Shown here piece by piece: positions 41,653-58,006 of a stretch of DNA of 64,000 bases; position 1 is the stretch's first letter; each line of letters begins with the position of its first letter. The position numbers were made by a program, and so were the translations under genes. The stretch lies in contig OX597837.1 of NCBI GenBank assembly GCA_951406725.2, positions 44,950,001 through 45,014,000 of the forward strand. Reading direction: 5' to 3'. The stretch is from Octopus vulgaris (Eukaryota). The notes beneath the pieces were generated by a model that saw nothing but the letters and a program-made list of their open reading frames with translations, searched no databases and was not told the origin of the DNA.

Positions 41653-41963
41653 ATTTTCATATCAGATTAATAAACTTATCAAAAATCTTTAATCAAACAT
41701 GAGATAAGCACGTTCAGATCGCTAATTTTAATTAATTAAACGCTTCTGGAATTAAAACGAAAATGGAAAAGAGCAATCAGATGAATCACAAATGGCTTCT
41801 GGTATTATTTCGTGTTGTTCTTTTATAAGGTGTAAGATTAATGATACAGTGAAGTGGTGGCTGTGATGTGGTGCTAAGATAGCGATGAACTAAGTAAGCT
41901 GAGCAAGTTCGATTTCCAATCTGAATTGATTTACTGAAACATTAGAGGTCCCTTAGTCTAGAG

Positions 41964-42182
41964 CAGTGCTTTTCAAACTTTTTGCTGGAGCGAAACCCCA
42001 AGGAAACATTCCACTGGCTCGAGGAACCCCTGTGCAATAATTTAATAGTCTTATGCACACATATCTGCACAGGAGAATTAAAAACTACTGCCGATTTTAG
42101 CAGTTTTGTAACTTCTTGCGGAACCCCTGGACTGTACTGGCGGAACCCTAAGGTTCCGCGGGACCCTGGTTGAAAAACACTG
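41964..42182. mobile_element. hAT/Charlie-type MITE (219 bp)
   Basis: TIRs CAGTGCTTTTCAA / TTGAAAAACACTG, a perfect 8-bp TSD GTCTAGAG (41956-41963 and 42183-42190), and repeated subterminal GGAACCC motifs. Confidence 0.92.
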
Positions 42183-42353
42183 GTCTAGAGCATCGGTCCT
42201 AAAACTGGCACTGCATTGGTTACCACGACGAGGGTTCCGGTTGATTCGGTCAGCTGAACAGACTGGTCATGAATTTTTTCCGTTTTATATTGCGTATAGC
42301 TGCCTACGTTATTTTGTAATTTTCACATTAGCATTTCGCTAACACAGCCATAA

Positions 42354-42500
42354 TGGAGGCGCGTGGCTTAGTGGTTAGGGTATCAGCATCATGATCGTAA
42401 GATTGTGGTTTCGATTCCTGGACCGGGCGACGAGTTGTGTTCTGGAGCAAAACACTTCATTTCACGTTGCTCCAGTCCACTCAGCTGGCAAAAATGAGTA
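42354..42500 (+). mobile_element. tRNA-derived CORE-like SINE 5' part
   Basis: TGGCTTAGTGGTTAGGG (A box), GGTTTCGATTCC (B box), GAGCAAAACACTTCATTTCAC. It is followed by an inverted family A head fragment at 42503-42610. Confidence 0.8.
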
Positions 42501-42836
42501 AGGCTTCTATCAGTTTCAGTTTACCAAATACGCTCACGGGGCTTCCGACGGTGCGGCTGAACCTGGAACCATGTGGTTGGGAAGCAAGTTTCTTACCACA
42601 CAGCCACGCTCATATGAACACACACAGACAATAGTAAACACGAACAATTATGTAAGAGTATTAAATAGAGTTTAGCAATTTATAAAACCTTGCGTAATAA
42701 CTATCATTGGCAGAAGTTTTCTTGGCTCTTTTCTGACAGATGCCATCAATCACGTCTTATCTCAAACCATATATTTTCACTGTTTTGCAGATTTTGTACG
42801 GAGATATTTCAACCACATACACAGAAAAAGCATAAA

Positions 42837-42906
<70 letters not shown>

Positions 42907-42945
42907 TATGTGTATGTATGTATACATAGATACCATATATATACA

Positions 42946-42976
<31 letters not shown>

Positions 42977-44011
42977 CATATATATATGTGCGTGTGTGTA
43001 TGTATACACACACACACATACACACACACACATATATATATGTGTGTGTGTGTATACATACATACACACATATATATATATATGATATCTATATACATAA
43101 ATACGTATCTACATACATAAATATCTACATATATATATACACATAAATATATATATACATATATACACATAAATATTTATAAATATATACACACATAATA
43201 TATATATATATATATACACATAATATATATATATATATATATATACACATAATATATATATATATATGTTGTTAGCATATGTATAAATGTGTATATGTAA
43301 TTAACACATAGACATTCGCATATGCATCTCTGTCTGCACACACACATACACTTATGGATATATACGTGTGAGTGTGTAGCTATATACATAGATACCTGTG
43401 TATCTGTGCGTTTGTGTATGCGCCACATCATGTGTGTGTGCGTGTGTGCCTTTGTGTGTGTAAATACACTTAATTAAACAGTGACTGGAACAAGTAATTT
43501 TGGTCGATGCCAATAAAGATAATAACAGGTTTTCCACTGGAACAGTCACAGAGATTGGTAACAAAATCGTGTTTCTGATAATTTCACTTCAATAGCTCCA
43601 TCCTATATTATATGGACTATAATTCCTTACCGTCTCATCCACCCCGCTAAACTCCACTATCACCCTCTACATCAATCTCTCCCTCTCTCCCCTCTCTCTT
43701 TTTCTCCGTCAAATTCTCTCCGTTTCTGTCCGTTGTCTCCGACGTAATGTCTGTCTTTCCTTCTATTTTCAATTGCTCAAACCCAGCAAAGATTTCTTTT
43801 CAAACGTCCTCCTTTCGTTGTTTGACTTTTGCTTCCATCATAACATCTTCTTTACACTGGATTCGAATGTGCTTTCTTTTTTGTTCATTTCTTTCATCTT
43901 ATCTTCCTTCTTTAATCTTCCTACATATTTTCCTCTCTTTCAACATATATGTGTCTGTATGTGTGTGCGTGTATGTGTATATATATATATATATACATAT
44001 ATGTATGCGTG

Positions 44012-44080
<69 letters not shown>

Positions 44081-44215
44081 ATATATATATATATACAGAC
44101 ACACATATACATATACTTATATATTTATAAATATATATATATATTTATATATTTATATATATATATATATAGATATATTTATTTTCCTCTCTTTCAACAT
44201 ATATATGTGTGTGTG

Positions 44216-44274
<59 letters not shown>

Positions 44275-44277
44275 GTG

Positions 44278-44314
<37 letters not shown>

Positions 44315-44719
44315 TTGTGTGTGGGTACATATATGTTTGTATATATATATATACAGACGCACATATACATATATGCATGTATGTATGTATGTATTGTTGC
44401 AATGTTTGTCTCTGATTCCATGTTTTTATGTCTTGCATCACTGCGGTTATTTATGAAGAAAGACAGGTGTAGTGACAATAAAACTTCCACATTGATGTCT
44501 GGGTTGATACATGCGTTCCTGCGTTGATGCTAGCGCACAAACATACATATATACAGACTTGTATCTGCATATATTGGCATATAGGCCAACAGACAGACAG
44601 ACAGACACTCAGACAGATCGACCAAAGCCAGACAAAGGAATATATCACCGAGAAATAGTTGTCTGGAAGGTGGTTTGAATTTATGCTTATCCTCAATAAA
44701 ATACCTGGTCATCCATATG

Positions 44720-45290
44720 AACACGAGAATATCAACAGTTAACCAAACATCACCAGTCTACAATAAGTCCCTCAAAGTGAGCGCATTCAAAAGGAAGCGG
44801 CAATGTATACGCAACAAACAACAAAGGAGTTTCAGAAGTAAAACTATCGCCTGGTTCATCCCACTATTCCGTGTAAATATAGCAACGAATATAGCAAATA
44901 GCTTCCAAATGCTAGGTAGCAAGCAGCTCCCCCAAAGAACACAGTTATCTCATTTCAGTCAAGTGAATTAACATAAATGTTTGATACAGCTGTAAGGAAA
45001 CATAAACTACAATACACGTTCACTAAACAACATCCCAGAAAACAAACCATGCACAGCTGCAAACTCATGCAACTTCACTCGTACAAGGATGTGCCCATTG
45101 TATGGAAACTGCACACAAACAAGTATGCTCTGTAAAGCAGCTGCACCACAAATTAGACAAACTGAAAATCAGTACGCCGGATCCAGTAGTAGAACATTCA
45201 AAGACAGAAATTGGTAACACGCCCAGGTGCATGTACAGATTCCGGAATCTGGCTATATACGACCCCATAAAAATGCTATTGCAAGTTGGT
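44720..45290 (+). pseudogene. Penelope-like element remnant (RT-GIY-YIG linker, Cys motif, YIG region)
   Basis: PVYNKSLKVSAF...RSKTIAWFIPLFRVNIATNIANSF resembles the PLE 'R.R.IIWFNPPFS.NV.TNIGK.F' block. SCNFTRTRMCPLYGNC resembles 'CNCR....CPL.G.C', and QYAGSSSRTFKDR resembles 'YIG.T...FK.R'. Stops and frameshifts are present. Confidence 0.75.
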
Positions 45291-45571
45291 ATCGTTGAAC
45301 TGTAGCCGAGGTAACGAAACAGGAACGTTTATATGCATACTCCAAAACGTTTCCACTAAACGAACTTAAAGGATATATATAGATATGTGTGTGTGTGTGT
45401 GTGCGTGTGTGTATAAAAGTAATAATTAAGGTCCAGATGAAGAAGGTACTGAAGTTGATGCACCAAGCCCGTCGGGTATTATTCGCACAGCTCCAAGTAA
45501 GGTGAATAAAAAGCAAATAAATAACACGGCTGTATAGCATTCATACCTTGTCATTTGCATCAGCAGATATA

Positions 45572-45646
<75 letters not shown>

Positions 45647-45733
45647 CTATATATCAGCGAAGATGAACAGTAAGATCTCTGAGGTAGAGTCAGAAAAATA
45701 CAAAGATGCAATGTTAATCCGGGTAGAATGATG

Positions 45734-45777
<44 letters not shown>

Positions 45778-46380
45778 GGGAGGGAGACATACAGACAGAC
45801 AGAGAGTGAGAGAGAGAGAGAGAGAGAGCGGTTTCTAAGCATCGAGTACTTTCAAACTGATGTTTTGTTACAAAGCAATGATCATTATCATCCAGATACA
45901 TCTCAGTGTGTGCTTCTATTTTTTCCATGCACCTGTGTATATATGCGTGTGCATGCGCATATATGATGTATATGTATAAGTACTTTCGTGTGTAGAGGTA
46001 TACGTGTCTGAATACTTTGATAGAATATCGTAGAAGTATCTGCATGGAGAGGTGTCTGTATAAGCATAGACAATGGCGGTTATTTGGCTCAATAGACGCT
46101 TAGAAATGTCAGTGGAGTCACGGAGTACATTAATGTGTAGACCAAATACTTGATTGAAGTAAACAAAATCGCTCATCTTGTGTTGGAGAATTCAGACGAC
46201 ATAGTAACAATATATGTACACATATATATGCATGTGTACGTGTACATGAGGGTATGTGTGCTTGCGTGAGTGCAGATAGACAGGCAGAAATATAGATAGA
46301 TAAATAGATAGCCAGATAGGTAGGTAGGTAGGTAGGTAGGTAGGTAGGTAGGTATGTAGGTAGGTAGGTAGGTAGGTAGG

Positions 46381-46474
<94 letters not shown>

Positions 46475-46539
46475 CACAGACACACAGACAAACAGACACA
46501 CAGACACACAGACAGACGGAGAGGGAATCTCATACCCCT

Positions 46540-46990
46540 TTTGTTGATGATGTCTGGGTATTGTCTTTCTTTTGTATTCTGGAATGTCTACTCTGCAGTT
46601 CCATTCATCAACTCCATCTAGAAGACCCTGATTCCATTATCCAATTGACACAGCTGTTCCAAGCCACAAGCTTTTGCCTTTGCCCACAACTGTGTGGAAC
46701 ATTGGCGGAACTTCTGGTGACATAGGATTCCCTTTCACAGTACAAATCATGTGTGAGATCTCTTTAAGCACTTGATTGTGCCTCCATGTACACTTTCCTA
46801 TTGTAGCGCCACTTCGCAAGACCTCAGGACATGTGGTGCTGTTTGTCTTTGCAGAATGGATACACAGGTTTATCTAATTTAGCCACACCCACCAAGTTCT
46901 ACATTTGAGACCAGGAGACATAGAAACATATGAGGATGATATTGATGATAAGGAAGAAACAGAGTCAAGGGGCCTTGTTGTGGCTATCAT
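46540..46990 (-). pseudogene. HERO-like RLE non-LTR retrotransposon fragment
   Basis: Minus-strand frames give HVLRSCEVAL / GKCTWRHNQVLKEI (HERO-type 'HILS.C..AL..GRYTWRHN.VL'), then LLDGVDEWNCRVDIP and PDII. Confidence 0.7.
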
Positions 46991-47374
46991 TGGAATTCCT
47001 ACAGCGATACGATGCGGCTCACGATCATTGCTGAATTTGGCAGAATTTCTCTTTCGACGGAGAATTTAATTAAAATTTAAGAGTGATTATTAGCTAGATG
47101 TCACGCCGAGATTTCCTTTGTCCCTGTTGGCTCAGCGGGACTGACTTGTGGATGGATTTATTGGCATCAGCTTCTCATATCCTGTATTTGATGTCTCTCT
47201 TTGATTTACTAAAAATGTACTGAGTAATCTTCAGTTTAATGTAAATTTGTATTTATGAATTACTTGCGGGAAAAACAAATATTAATGTTTGTGTGTGAGG
47301 TAGTGTGTGCGTTGCGTGTGTGTGTGTGTGTGAGAGTGAGGCAGTAAGTGTGTGTGTGCGTGTGTGTGTGTAAA

Positions 47375-47532
47375 GGTAGCGATATGGCAGAATTCTTAGC
47401 ACACCTGGCAAAATGTTTAGCAGCATTTCTTTCGTCTTTACGTTCTGAGTTCGAATGCTACCGGGGTTGGGATCGATGTAATTGACCAGTTCCCTCCTCC
47501 AAAATTACTGGCCTTGTGCCAAAGTTTGAAAC
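47375..47532 (+). mobile_element. Family C SINE with internal deletion
   Basis: Head TGGCAGAATTCTTAGCACACC..GAGTTCGAA is joined directly to GATCGATGTAAT...GGCCTTGTGCCAAA. Confidence 0.75.
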
Positions 47533-48068
47533 ACCTTCTGCTCTTACAGACTTCTTCTCCATCTATGCTGACCATCCAGCCACAATTTTTTTAAATCTGG
47601 CACTATAAAATTTTCTAACCTAGCACCACCAAATTTTCATCCGGCACCACTAACGAGCTTGTTCTCTCTCCATCGATCATCCGCTGGACAATTATGCCGC
47701 GACAACATCTCACCCAGTCACATGTAGAATCAATTTAATGAATTGTCGTTATGCCACTGAATACACCATACCCTGTTTACAGAGACATATTGGCGACAGC
47801 AACAAACCAACAAACCGAAAAATATGAAGAAGAATTGATGTCGCTGTAACACTAATAACACCACGTGATCAGAACTGGCGTATAGAGGCCTAGAATCTAG
47901 AAGCCATTTTGAATTTTATTTGATATCAATTGACCCTTTTCTCGATGCCTTACGAGACAGATTCGTTCTACGAGCCTACAAAACTTTAAGTTACATGGAG
48001 TTGCTTCAAACCGTTATTAGATAGTACAGACACACACATACATACATATATTGTATAGCACATATACA

Positions 48069-48360
48069 TTGTTGTTTGTTCCTTCTCGAGCCATGCCTGG
48101 CTCATAAGGGCCGGTTTCCCCGTTTCATTGGCGTATAGGTTCCCCACTTGGATGGGACCCCGGTCCGTCGCAGATGAGCTGCAAGATGCAGGAGGAGAGA
48201 GTGAGAGAAAGTTGTGGTGAAAGACACAACAGAAGTTCGCCATTACCTTCTGCCGGAGCCGCGTAGAGCTTAGGTGTTTCGCTCATAAACACACACATCG
48301 CCCGGTCTGAGATCCCTCAACCGCGAGTCCGCTGCCCTAACCACTAGGCTATGTGCCTAC
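48069..48360 (-). mobile_element. SINE family B subfamily copy with the B box deleted
   Basis: Aligns to 40102-40411 but lacks GTTTCGAACCCGC at about 48310. Confidence 0.88.
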
Positions 48361-48367
48361 ACACACA

Positions 48368-48405
<38 letters not shown>

Positions 48406-48600
48406 CACACGCACATATAAAGAGAGAGAGAGGGAGAGAGAAAAGGAGGAAGAGAGAGACAAACAGACAGACTGATAGCAAGACAGATAGATGCGTGTAA
48501 ATGCAATCTAAAATGTATACCAATATTACATACAAATATATGAGTGTATACACAGATATATGTACGCAAATGTATCCACGTCTACATATTAGATGTTTAG

Positions 48601-48636
<36 letters not shown>

Positions 48637-48692
48637 ATTAGAGAGAAAGAGCGAGAGAGAGAGAGCGAGAGTATATATGTATGTATCGTAAC

Positions 48693-48744
<52 letters not shown>

Positions 48745-48899
48745 CCCTGTTGCACCAGAAGACCAACTGTCGCATTGTTCAGCCGAACTGCACTGGAAAT
48801 ACACCGATCACTTGCTAATTCCTTCTTTTGAAAATTTTTAAACGCTTCAATAAAAAATTACTTTAACGATTTTCCCTCACACTCTATCTTTCTCTCTTT

Positions 48900-48966
<67 letters not shown>

Positions 48967-49428
48967 TTCTCTCTTTTTCACTAACTTTGCCTTCTCGAGT
49001 GTACCTTTTCATATATGTATGTATATATACATACATATATATATATATATACATGCACATATTATATATATGTATATAATTATATATATATATATATATA
49101 TACATACATGCATATATATACACACACATTTACCACATTTTGAATGACATTGCTGAACTTCTGAAAAACAAAGAATTATTAAGTCTATATACTCCGCTCG
49201 TGATAACATCCAGACAATTCGTTCACATTGATATAAAAAAATATATATATGTATGTATGCAAGCATGTATTTATGTATGTATGTATCTATCTATCTGTCG
49301 CTCGCTCTCTATCTCTCTTTCTCCCTCTCTGTATACATATATATATATTTTTGCATTCATATATATCACCCCCTTTCTCTCTCTATATATATATATGCAT
49401 ACACATATATACATATATATGTATGTGT

Positions 49429-49482
<54 letters not shown>

Positions 49483-49515
49483 CATATATATATGCATACA
49501 TACATACATACACAC

Positions 49516-49564
<49 letters not shown>

Positions 49565-49854
49565 GTATGTATATATATGTATGTAAATATACATAGAGTG
49601 TGCAAATATTCACATATAAATATATTTGCCCATGGATACATGTATATTTGAATCCAAGCATGCAGTATTACCAATCCGTTGCAACCTATCTTGCCAATAG
49701 GTTTCAATTTGGACACTGCCACCGTATAATACAGAAGAGTAAGGTTAGGTAATGCCGCTTCCTCTTCACAGATGGCAGAAGGTGTCAGTAGCAAGTGCGA
49801 AACCCATTGGTGATATCGAATACAGTAGATATATAACACTGTATACTTTGAAAA

Positions 49855-49913
<59 letters not shown>

Positions 49914-50347
49914 GTAGTTGTATGCTGTCAACTTCATGTGACAGTCCCATCAAGGGAATAATTCTACTGCTATTTAACCCTAGGAAGCGGTACCGCTTCC
50001 TGTCAGCTTTGACACATTTTCTATGTCCTTATGTGCACAAAGGAGAGATAACCACTTCCATCCAGCGTCTGTGAGTGCATGCGTATGTATAAGAGTTTTC
50101 TTATACATACATACATACATACATACATACATACATACATACATACATACATACATGCATGCCTACATATATACATACATACATACATACATACATACAT
50201 ACATACATACATACATACATACATACATACATTCATACATACATACATACACACATACATACATACATGCATGCCTACATATATACATACATACATACAT
50301 ACATACATACATACATACATACATACATACATACATACATACATACG

Positions 50348-50443
<96 letters not shown>

Positions 50444-50559
50444 GATAGATAGATAAATAGATACATACATACACAGATACACAGACACACATAGTTACGT
50501 ATATGTATGCGTCACTCTGTGTTTGCATGTTCGCATTAGCCCACCAAGACATGTTGGCT

Positions 50560-50740
50560 TATTTACGTTTCCCTAACTTAGCTGTCCGGCCAAAAAAAAA
50601 AGCAAGAAAAAAAGACAGATAAAGTAACTGATGTGAAAATAAAAAAGACCAGGAGTAGATTTATTCAAATGAAATTCTTCAGGGAAATAAACCGGCTTGG
50701 CCGCAATCCAACGACCAAAAGAAGGGAAAGATAACAGATA
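50560..50740 (+). mobile_element. Highly diverged family A 3' half
   Basis: TTTACGTTTCCCTAACTTAGCTGTCCGGC...GGCCGCAATCCAACGAC. Confidence 0.5.
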
Positions 50741-50751
50741 AAGCTGATAAT

Positions 50752-50812
<61 letters not shown>

Positions 50813-51079
50813 AACTCACGCAAAAACACACGCACACGCACCGATATATATATATATGTAAACGCAGTTCTTTATGTGTTTGTGCGTATGAAGCTTGACT
50901 TTCACATATTATATTTTTTTTCCTCCGAGTGATTCTATTTTCCCTGCATTGGGTTAAGCGAGCACGATGACATCATAGCTCCAAATGCTGTGAGCTCATT
51001 CCTTTGCAATAAATATATTGATATTTAGGAAGAGGAGCTTTTGAGATATGTCTTGAAAGCCATTATTTACACACACAAA

Positions 51080-51115
<36 letters not shown>

Positions 51116-51354
51116 ACAAACACATCTATGTATATACGTATCTATCTATATATCTGTCTATCTGTCTGTCTCTGCCTTTTTGTATCTAGGGATTCTAACT
51201 CTCTCTCTCTCACTCTCTCTCACTCTCACTCTCTCTCTCTCTCTCTCTCACTTTCTGTATGTGTATATATATATCCGTATCTTTGTATCTCTCTTTCCCT
51301 TCAATTCTCTCATTGCTCTATGCATTTTATTACACTTTATATATTCACACTATG

Positions 51355-51431
<77 letters not shown>

Positions 51432-51473
51432 TTATATATATTTATATATATATATATTATATATACACATATA

Positions 51474-51584
<111 letters not shown>

Positions 51585-51651
51585 TATACATACATATATA
51601 GAATGATTGATAAATAGATATAGATGTAGATATGGAGATGTTTTATGCTTG

Positions 51652-51697
<46 letters not shown>

Positions 51698-52437
51698 AAT
51701 ACATATATGCATACAAGCATAGGGTTGTATATGTGTGTGTGGATGTGCTTGCATGTGTGAATGCATGCATATGTAAGAATCTGTGTGTGTGTGTGTGTGA
51801 AGATGTGAGATTTAATTGTGCGTGTGTGAGTGTACGTGTGTGCAGTTAGAGCAGATGCATATAAATAAATCGCTGCTGCACTAAAAGACCACCTATTGAA
51901 CTTTTCTGCTTCAGAACTGCACTGGAAATACCCAACACTTGTTGCTTCCTTCTTCGGTCATTTTTTTTTTTAATGCATTTATTTTTCTTTCTTTTTCTCA
52001 TTTATCTCTCTCTATACACACACAAAAGCGCGCTCAGGCACATAAACACACAGACACACACATACACGGACACATATAAACACACACACATGTGAAGGCG
52101 TATTTGTGTATGCTCGTATATAAGTATATAAGTATGCATAAATGCGCTATATGCAATATCGTGTAGATATAGAAGCACATACGTACGACATTACGCAGGC
52201 CTGTATACATATATATATCCATATATATATATATATATATATGTCATCTAAGATTAATGCAATATGCCGACGATATCACTGTAACAAAAGCTCACATCAC
52301 ATACTTAAGCTCACCTCCCGTTGGCATACATTCATTTCGCGGAGAATCAGAAAAAGTTGCTATTTCAAATGTAAACACGCGCGCGCGTGCAAACACAAAC
52401 ATGCACATATATACACATATATACACATATAAACGTG

Positions 52438-52529
<92 letters not shown>

Positions 52530-52721
52530 TGTATATATGCATGTATAGATCTATGCATATGCATTGTATTGTACAATCTCTTCACTCACAAAGTAATCAG
52601 GAAACCTGTTTATAAATGGAAGAAGAAAACGCACTTACCATCAAACGCATCGCAGTTCAATGAAAAATATATAAGTGACAAAGATGAAACCGGTTTGCAA
52701 AGCCAGCATTATTCAAATGCT

Positions 52722-52799
<78 letters not shown>

Positions 52800-52805
52800 C
52801 AGACC

Positions 52806-52871
<66 letters not shown>

Positions 52872-52910
52872 CAGACCGATAGATAGATAGACAGACAAAC
52901 AGACAGACAA

Positions 52911-53004
<94 letters not shown>

Positions 53005-53005
53005 T

Positions 53006-53053
<48 letters not shown>

Positions 53054-53075
53054 CAAATATATATATATAGATAGA
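52722..53075. repeat. (GATA)n microsatellite
   Basis: Read directly from the sequence. Confidence 0.95.
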
Positions 53076-53169
53076 TATTGGTGCCCCAGCATGACCACAG
53101 CTTTGAAGCTGAAACAATATGAAGATTTAAAGATTTATACACACACACACACACACATACCTGTGGGGA

Positions 53170-53365
53170 CAAGAAACAAGAAGAAAGAGTGAGGGAGAGT
53201 TAGAGTGAAAGAGTACAACAGGAGTCGCCACCACTCCTTGCTGGAGCCTCGTGGAGCTTTAGGTGTTTTCGCTCAATAAACACACACAACGCCCGGTGTG
53301 GGAATCGAAACCGCAATCCTCCGACCGCGAGTCGACTGCTCTAACCACTGGGCCATTGGGCCTCC
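53170..53365 (-). mobile_element. Family B SINE 5' part
   Basis: Reverse complement of the 4338-4535 head and body. It is preceded by a family A tail fragment at 53079-53130. Confidence 0.85.
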
Positions 53366-53799
53366 TGCTGTTGTTGCTCCTAGCATGCTTTTCTCGTCTT
53401 TCTTACACGGTTTAGTTTGTTTTATTTTTCTCTATGTCACTCGGCTAATTTTCGGATACAAGTAACTTTCTATTGCTCTCAAGCGATCGTTTTGTTTGTT
53501 TTAGCCCTGCCTAAAAATTGCCATGTCTTCCATGCTGAGTTACAATAATCTATGTCTGTGTGTCTGTATTATTCTTTGTACGTCGTAGTCCCCAATGTGG
53601 GTTTTTTTTCTTGTTTTTCAACATTTCCTCTTCTTTGTCACCCAGTATTGTGCGCACTCCATTAGATCAGATTTGCTTTTTACTTGCGGATAACACAGCT
53701 GACGAGAGTCTTCCTATGTCTGATTTTGTCACTTCCGTTACTTCATTTTCATTTCATTTCACTCGTATGTATGTCTGTCTGTCTCTATGTATGTATGTA

Positions 53800-55050
<1,251 letters not shown>

Positions 55051-55680
55051 AAAAGTCTTCTTGTTAGAAAGGGGTTACTTTCTCACAAAGGCACGATACT
55101 CCAACGATACAATGTAGATACGAAAAACAATATCACATGCTGAACTTGTAAAACATCTTTGCCCGTTTTCCCTGTTCTGCTCAGAGACTGTAATTACAAC
55201 TTACGTGTATTACTGGTTTGATACCTACATATTTACTCACAACAAATGCACCAACTATTATTGACATAAATGTGAATTTATGTGAATATATACAACCAGA
55301 AGGTTTCGAACCATCTGAACGCGATGATGATACATACTGATATCTGTTACAAACTGCGGCATACGACCAGTTAAGCTTGCATTTGGTAGAAACGTCGATG
55401 GGAATGCACCTCCAGTATTTCTTATATTGATGATGTATGTATACAGCGATGGGCAAAATTAGGTATACAGTATATGGGTGGAATGTTCTTTCTATTTCTC
55501 AATTTCGTTTTTTTTTTTTTTTCGAGATAATGAGGATTCCATTGTATACCTACGTTTGCCCATACCCTATGCGGTGCGATTTGAAATTTAAATTGCGCGA
55601 TAAATAACAAGTACTTAGCAATGTATTCTCCTATATCTGCCGGCAGACTGCAAGGAGGAATTTTATAAAGGACCATAAAT
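55051..55680 (-). pseudogene. Heavily decayed RLE-type LINE 3' end abutting (TAA)n
   Basis: Minus frames EYIAKYL, KYWRCIPI...KCKLN, IYSHKFTFMSIIVGA and KMFYKFSM* occur in the same order as EYWWNVQV..KYKHN, LYPN.TFKFIPVII and KTF.KF..* of 25953-26574. Confidence 0.5.
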
Positions 55681-55900
55681 CATTTGATTGGAATCTGCAG
55701 GCTCGTGTCAAAGACTCGGCATAGGAAACAAAATAAAACGAAAGATATTGTATAACTAAATATCTTATATATTTTGCTTATATATATTGCATTTACATAA
55801 TATATATATATATATATATAATATATATATATATGTATGTATGTATGTATATATATATATACATATATATATATATTGTATATATATATAAATATATATG

Positions 55901-55932
<32 letters not shown>

Positions 55933-56037
55933 TTTGTATGTATATATATATATACATATATATATATTGTATATAAATAAATATATATATACATATACAT
56001 ATATGTATATATATATATATGTGTGTGTGTGTGTATG

Positions 56038-56070
<33 letters not shown>

Positions 56071-57289
56071 ATATACATAGTCACACCCAGACACAACCAT
56101 ACATACATGATGTATATATGTCATATGCCGGTATTATGCACACACAAATTTATAAAAATGCATGTGTGTGTGTGTGTTTGTATTTGTGTGTGTGTGTATG
56201 TGTGTGTGTGTGTCTGTGTGTGTGTTTCTCTAATGCATGCACGTGTAAAGTCATTTTCGGTTTAATATGAAACTTTAAGAACGTGTGTGATTGGCAAAAT
56301 ATATTTTTTTCTTTTCTCTTCAAACTTCCTTCCGAATGGAGCTGAATATATTTACATACTGTGAACTTATCAATTCATAATATTTCGTAATACTTTCTAT
56401 CTGTGCGTATGTATGTTTGAAATGTGTTGTCTATGTCTGTGGTCTGTATGTTTGTCTTTAATGCTATGAGTGTGTGTGTGTGTGTGTGGCTGTTTATAAT
56501 ATGTTTTTCTAGGTGTGTACGTGAATGCGTGAGTGTTTCATTTGTATTCATGTTAGGAAACATTTTACCGCAATTATGCACAAGCCTATCGTTAATTTTC
56601 ATAATGTATTTAAATTTATTCGTGTTTCTCCATGCATAGATACTTACATACACGTATAAATATAAATAGATATAGATAGACAGAGAGAGAGAGAGCAAGA
56701 AATGTGTTGTGTTGTGTCTGTGTTTGTGTATGTGTGCGTTTATGTGCTACAGAGAAGATGCATTCTGTTTTTTTATCTTCATTACAACATGGCCAGATTT
56801 TTTAACATACATTTCTTCGGAGGAGATAAGTTGCTCTTGCGAGTGAAACTATATAAATATCGTTACAAGCGGGAGAGATAAAAAAAAGTGTTTTAAATAG
56901 GGAAGGTAAGAGTATACGATGAATAACAATTATACGAAAAAGGGCTCTCTTGAGGAAACAGACAGTTACAACTGGAGAACATCTGGAGCACATCTGGAGC
57001 AGAGACGGTATGATATTAGTGAGATCGCGAATGGCGACGAAACGATTTTGACGAACCTAGCTGATTGGACTACATGACTGACTGAAGGGTTAATGAAGGG
57101 TTAATTAAACCATTATTTAATTGGTTAAATTGTTAACCATTCAAAAATATAAATAAAGAAGTGAAACACAACCACTGCTTGTGTTTATGGGCATACATAA
57201 GTTACAATATAACAAAGCATTCCAATTTACCTACGAACGAAAGGAAAGTATCACTTGTTTATAAGCATAGGGACAACTGTGAGCATATT

Positions 57290-57662
57290 TCAGTTGATAA
57301 TTACGGCCATGCTGGGGCACCGCCTTGAAGAAATGTTAGTCGAATGAATAGACCTTAGTATTTAATTTTTCTAAAAGTCCAGTGGTTATTATATCGGTCT
57401 CTTTTGCCGAATCGCTACCTAACGCGTACGTAGACAAGCCAACATGGGTTATAAAACGGTGGTGAGTGACAAACAGAGACACAAACACACACATACACAC
57501 ACACACACATACACACACACACACACGCACGCACACACACACACACACATACACGATGGACTTCTTTCAGTTTCCATCTACCAAACCCACTCAAACGACT
57601 TTGGTCGGCCCGAAGTTATATTGGAGAACACTTGACCAAAGAGCCATGCACAGGGGCTGACC
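57290..57662 (-). mobile_element. Family A SINE (diverged, 5'-truncated) with internal (CA)n
   Basis: GGCCATGCTGGGGCACCGCC...GGTCTCTTTTGCCGAA...(CA)n...CTTCTTTCAGTTTCC...TTTGGTCGGCCCG. Confidence 0.8.
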
Positions 57663-57781
57663 CCCAGGACGAGAGGCTAAGTCCCGCCGAACTTATTCAG
57701 CTCGTCGCGCCTTCACTGCGCTTAATTAACGTTTGAAGAGATTGGGAATTCACGTACCATGTAAAATATATATATATATAT

Positions 57782-57874
<93 letters not shown>

Positions 57875-58006
57875 TAGGTAGGTAGGTAGGTAGGTAGGTA
57901 GGTAGGTAGGTAGGCAGGCAGGTAGATGAAAGGATGGATTTATATATATATATATATATATACAGATATATATATGTATATACGTATATGTAGACATACA
58001 TACATA

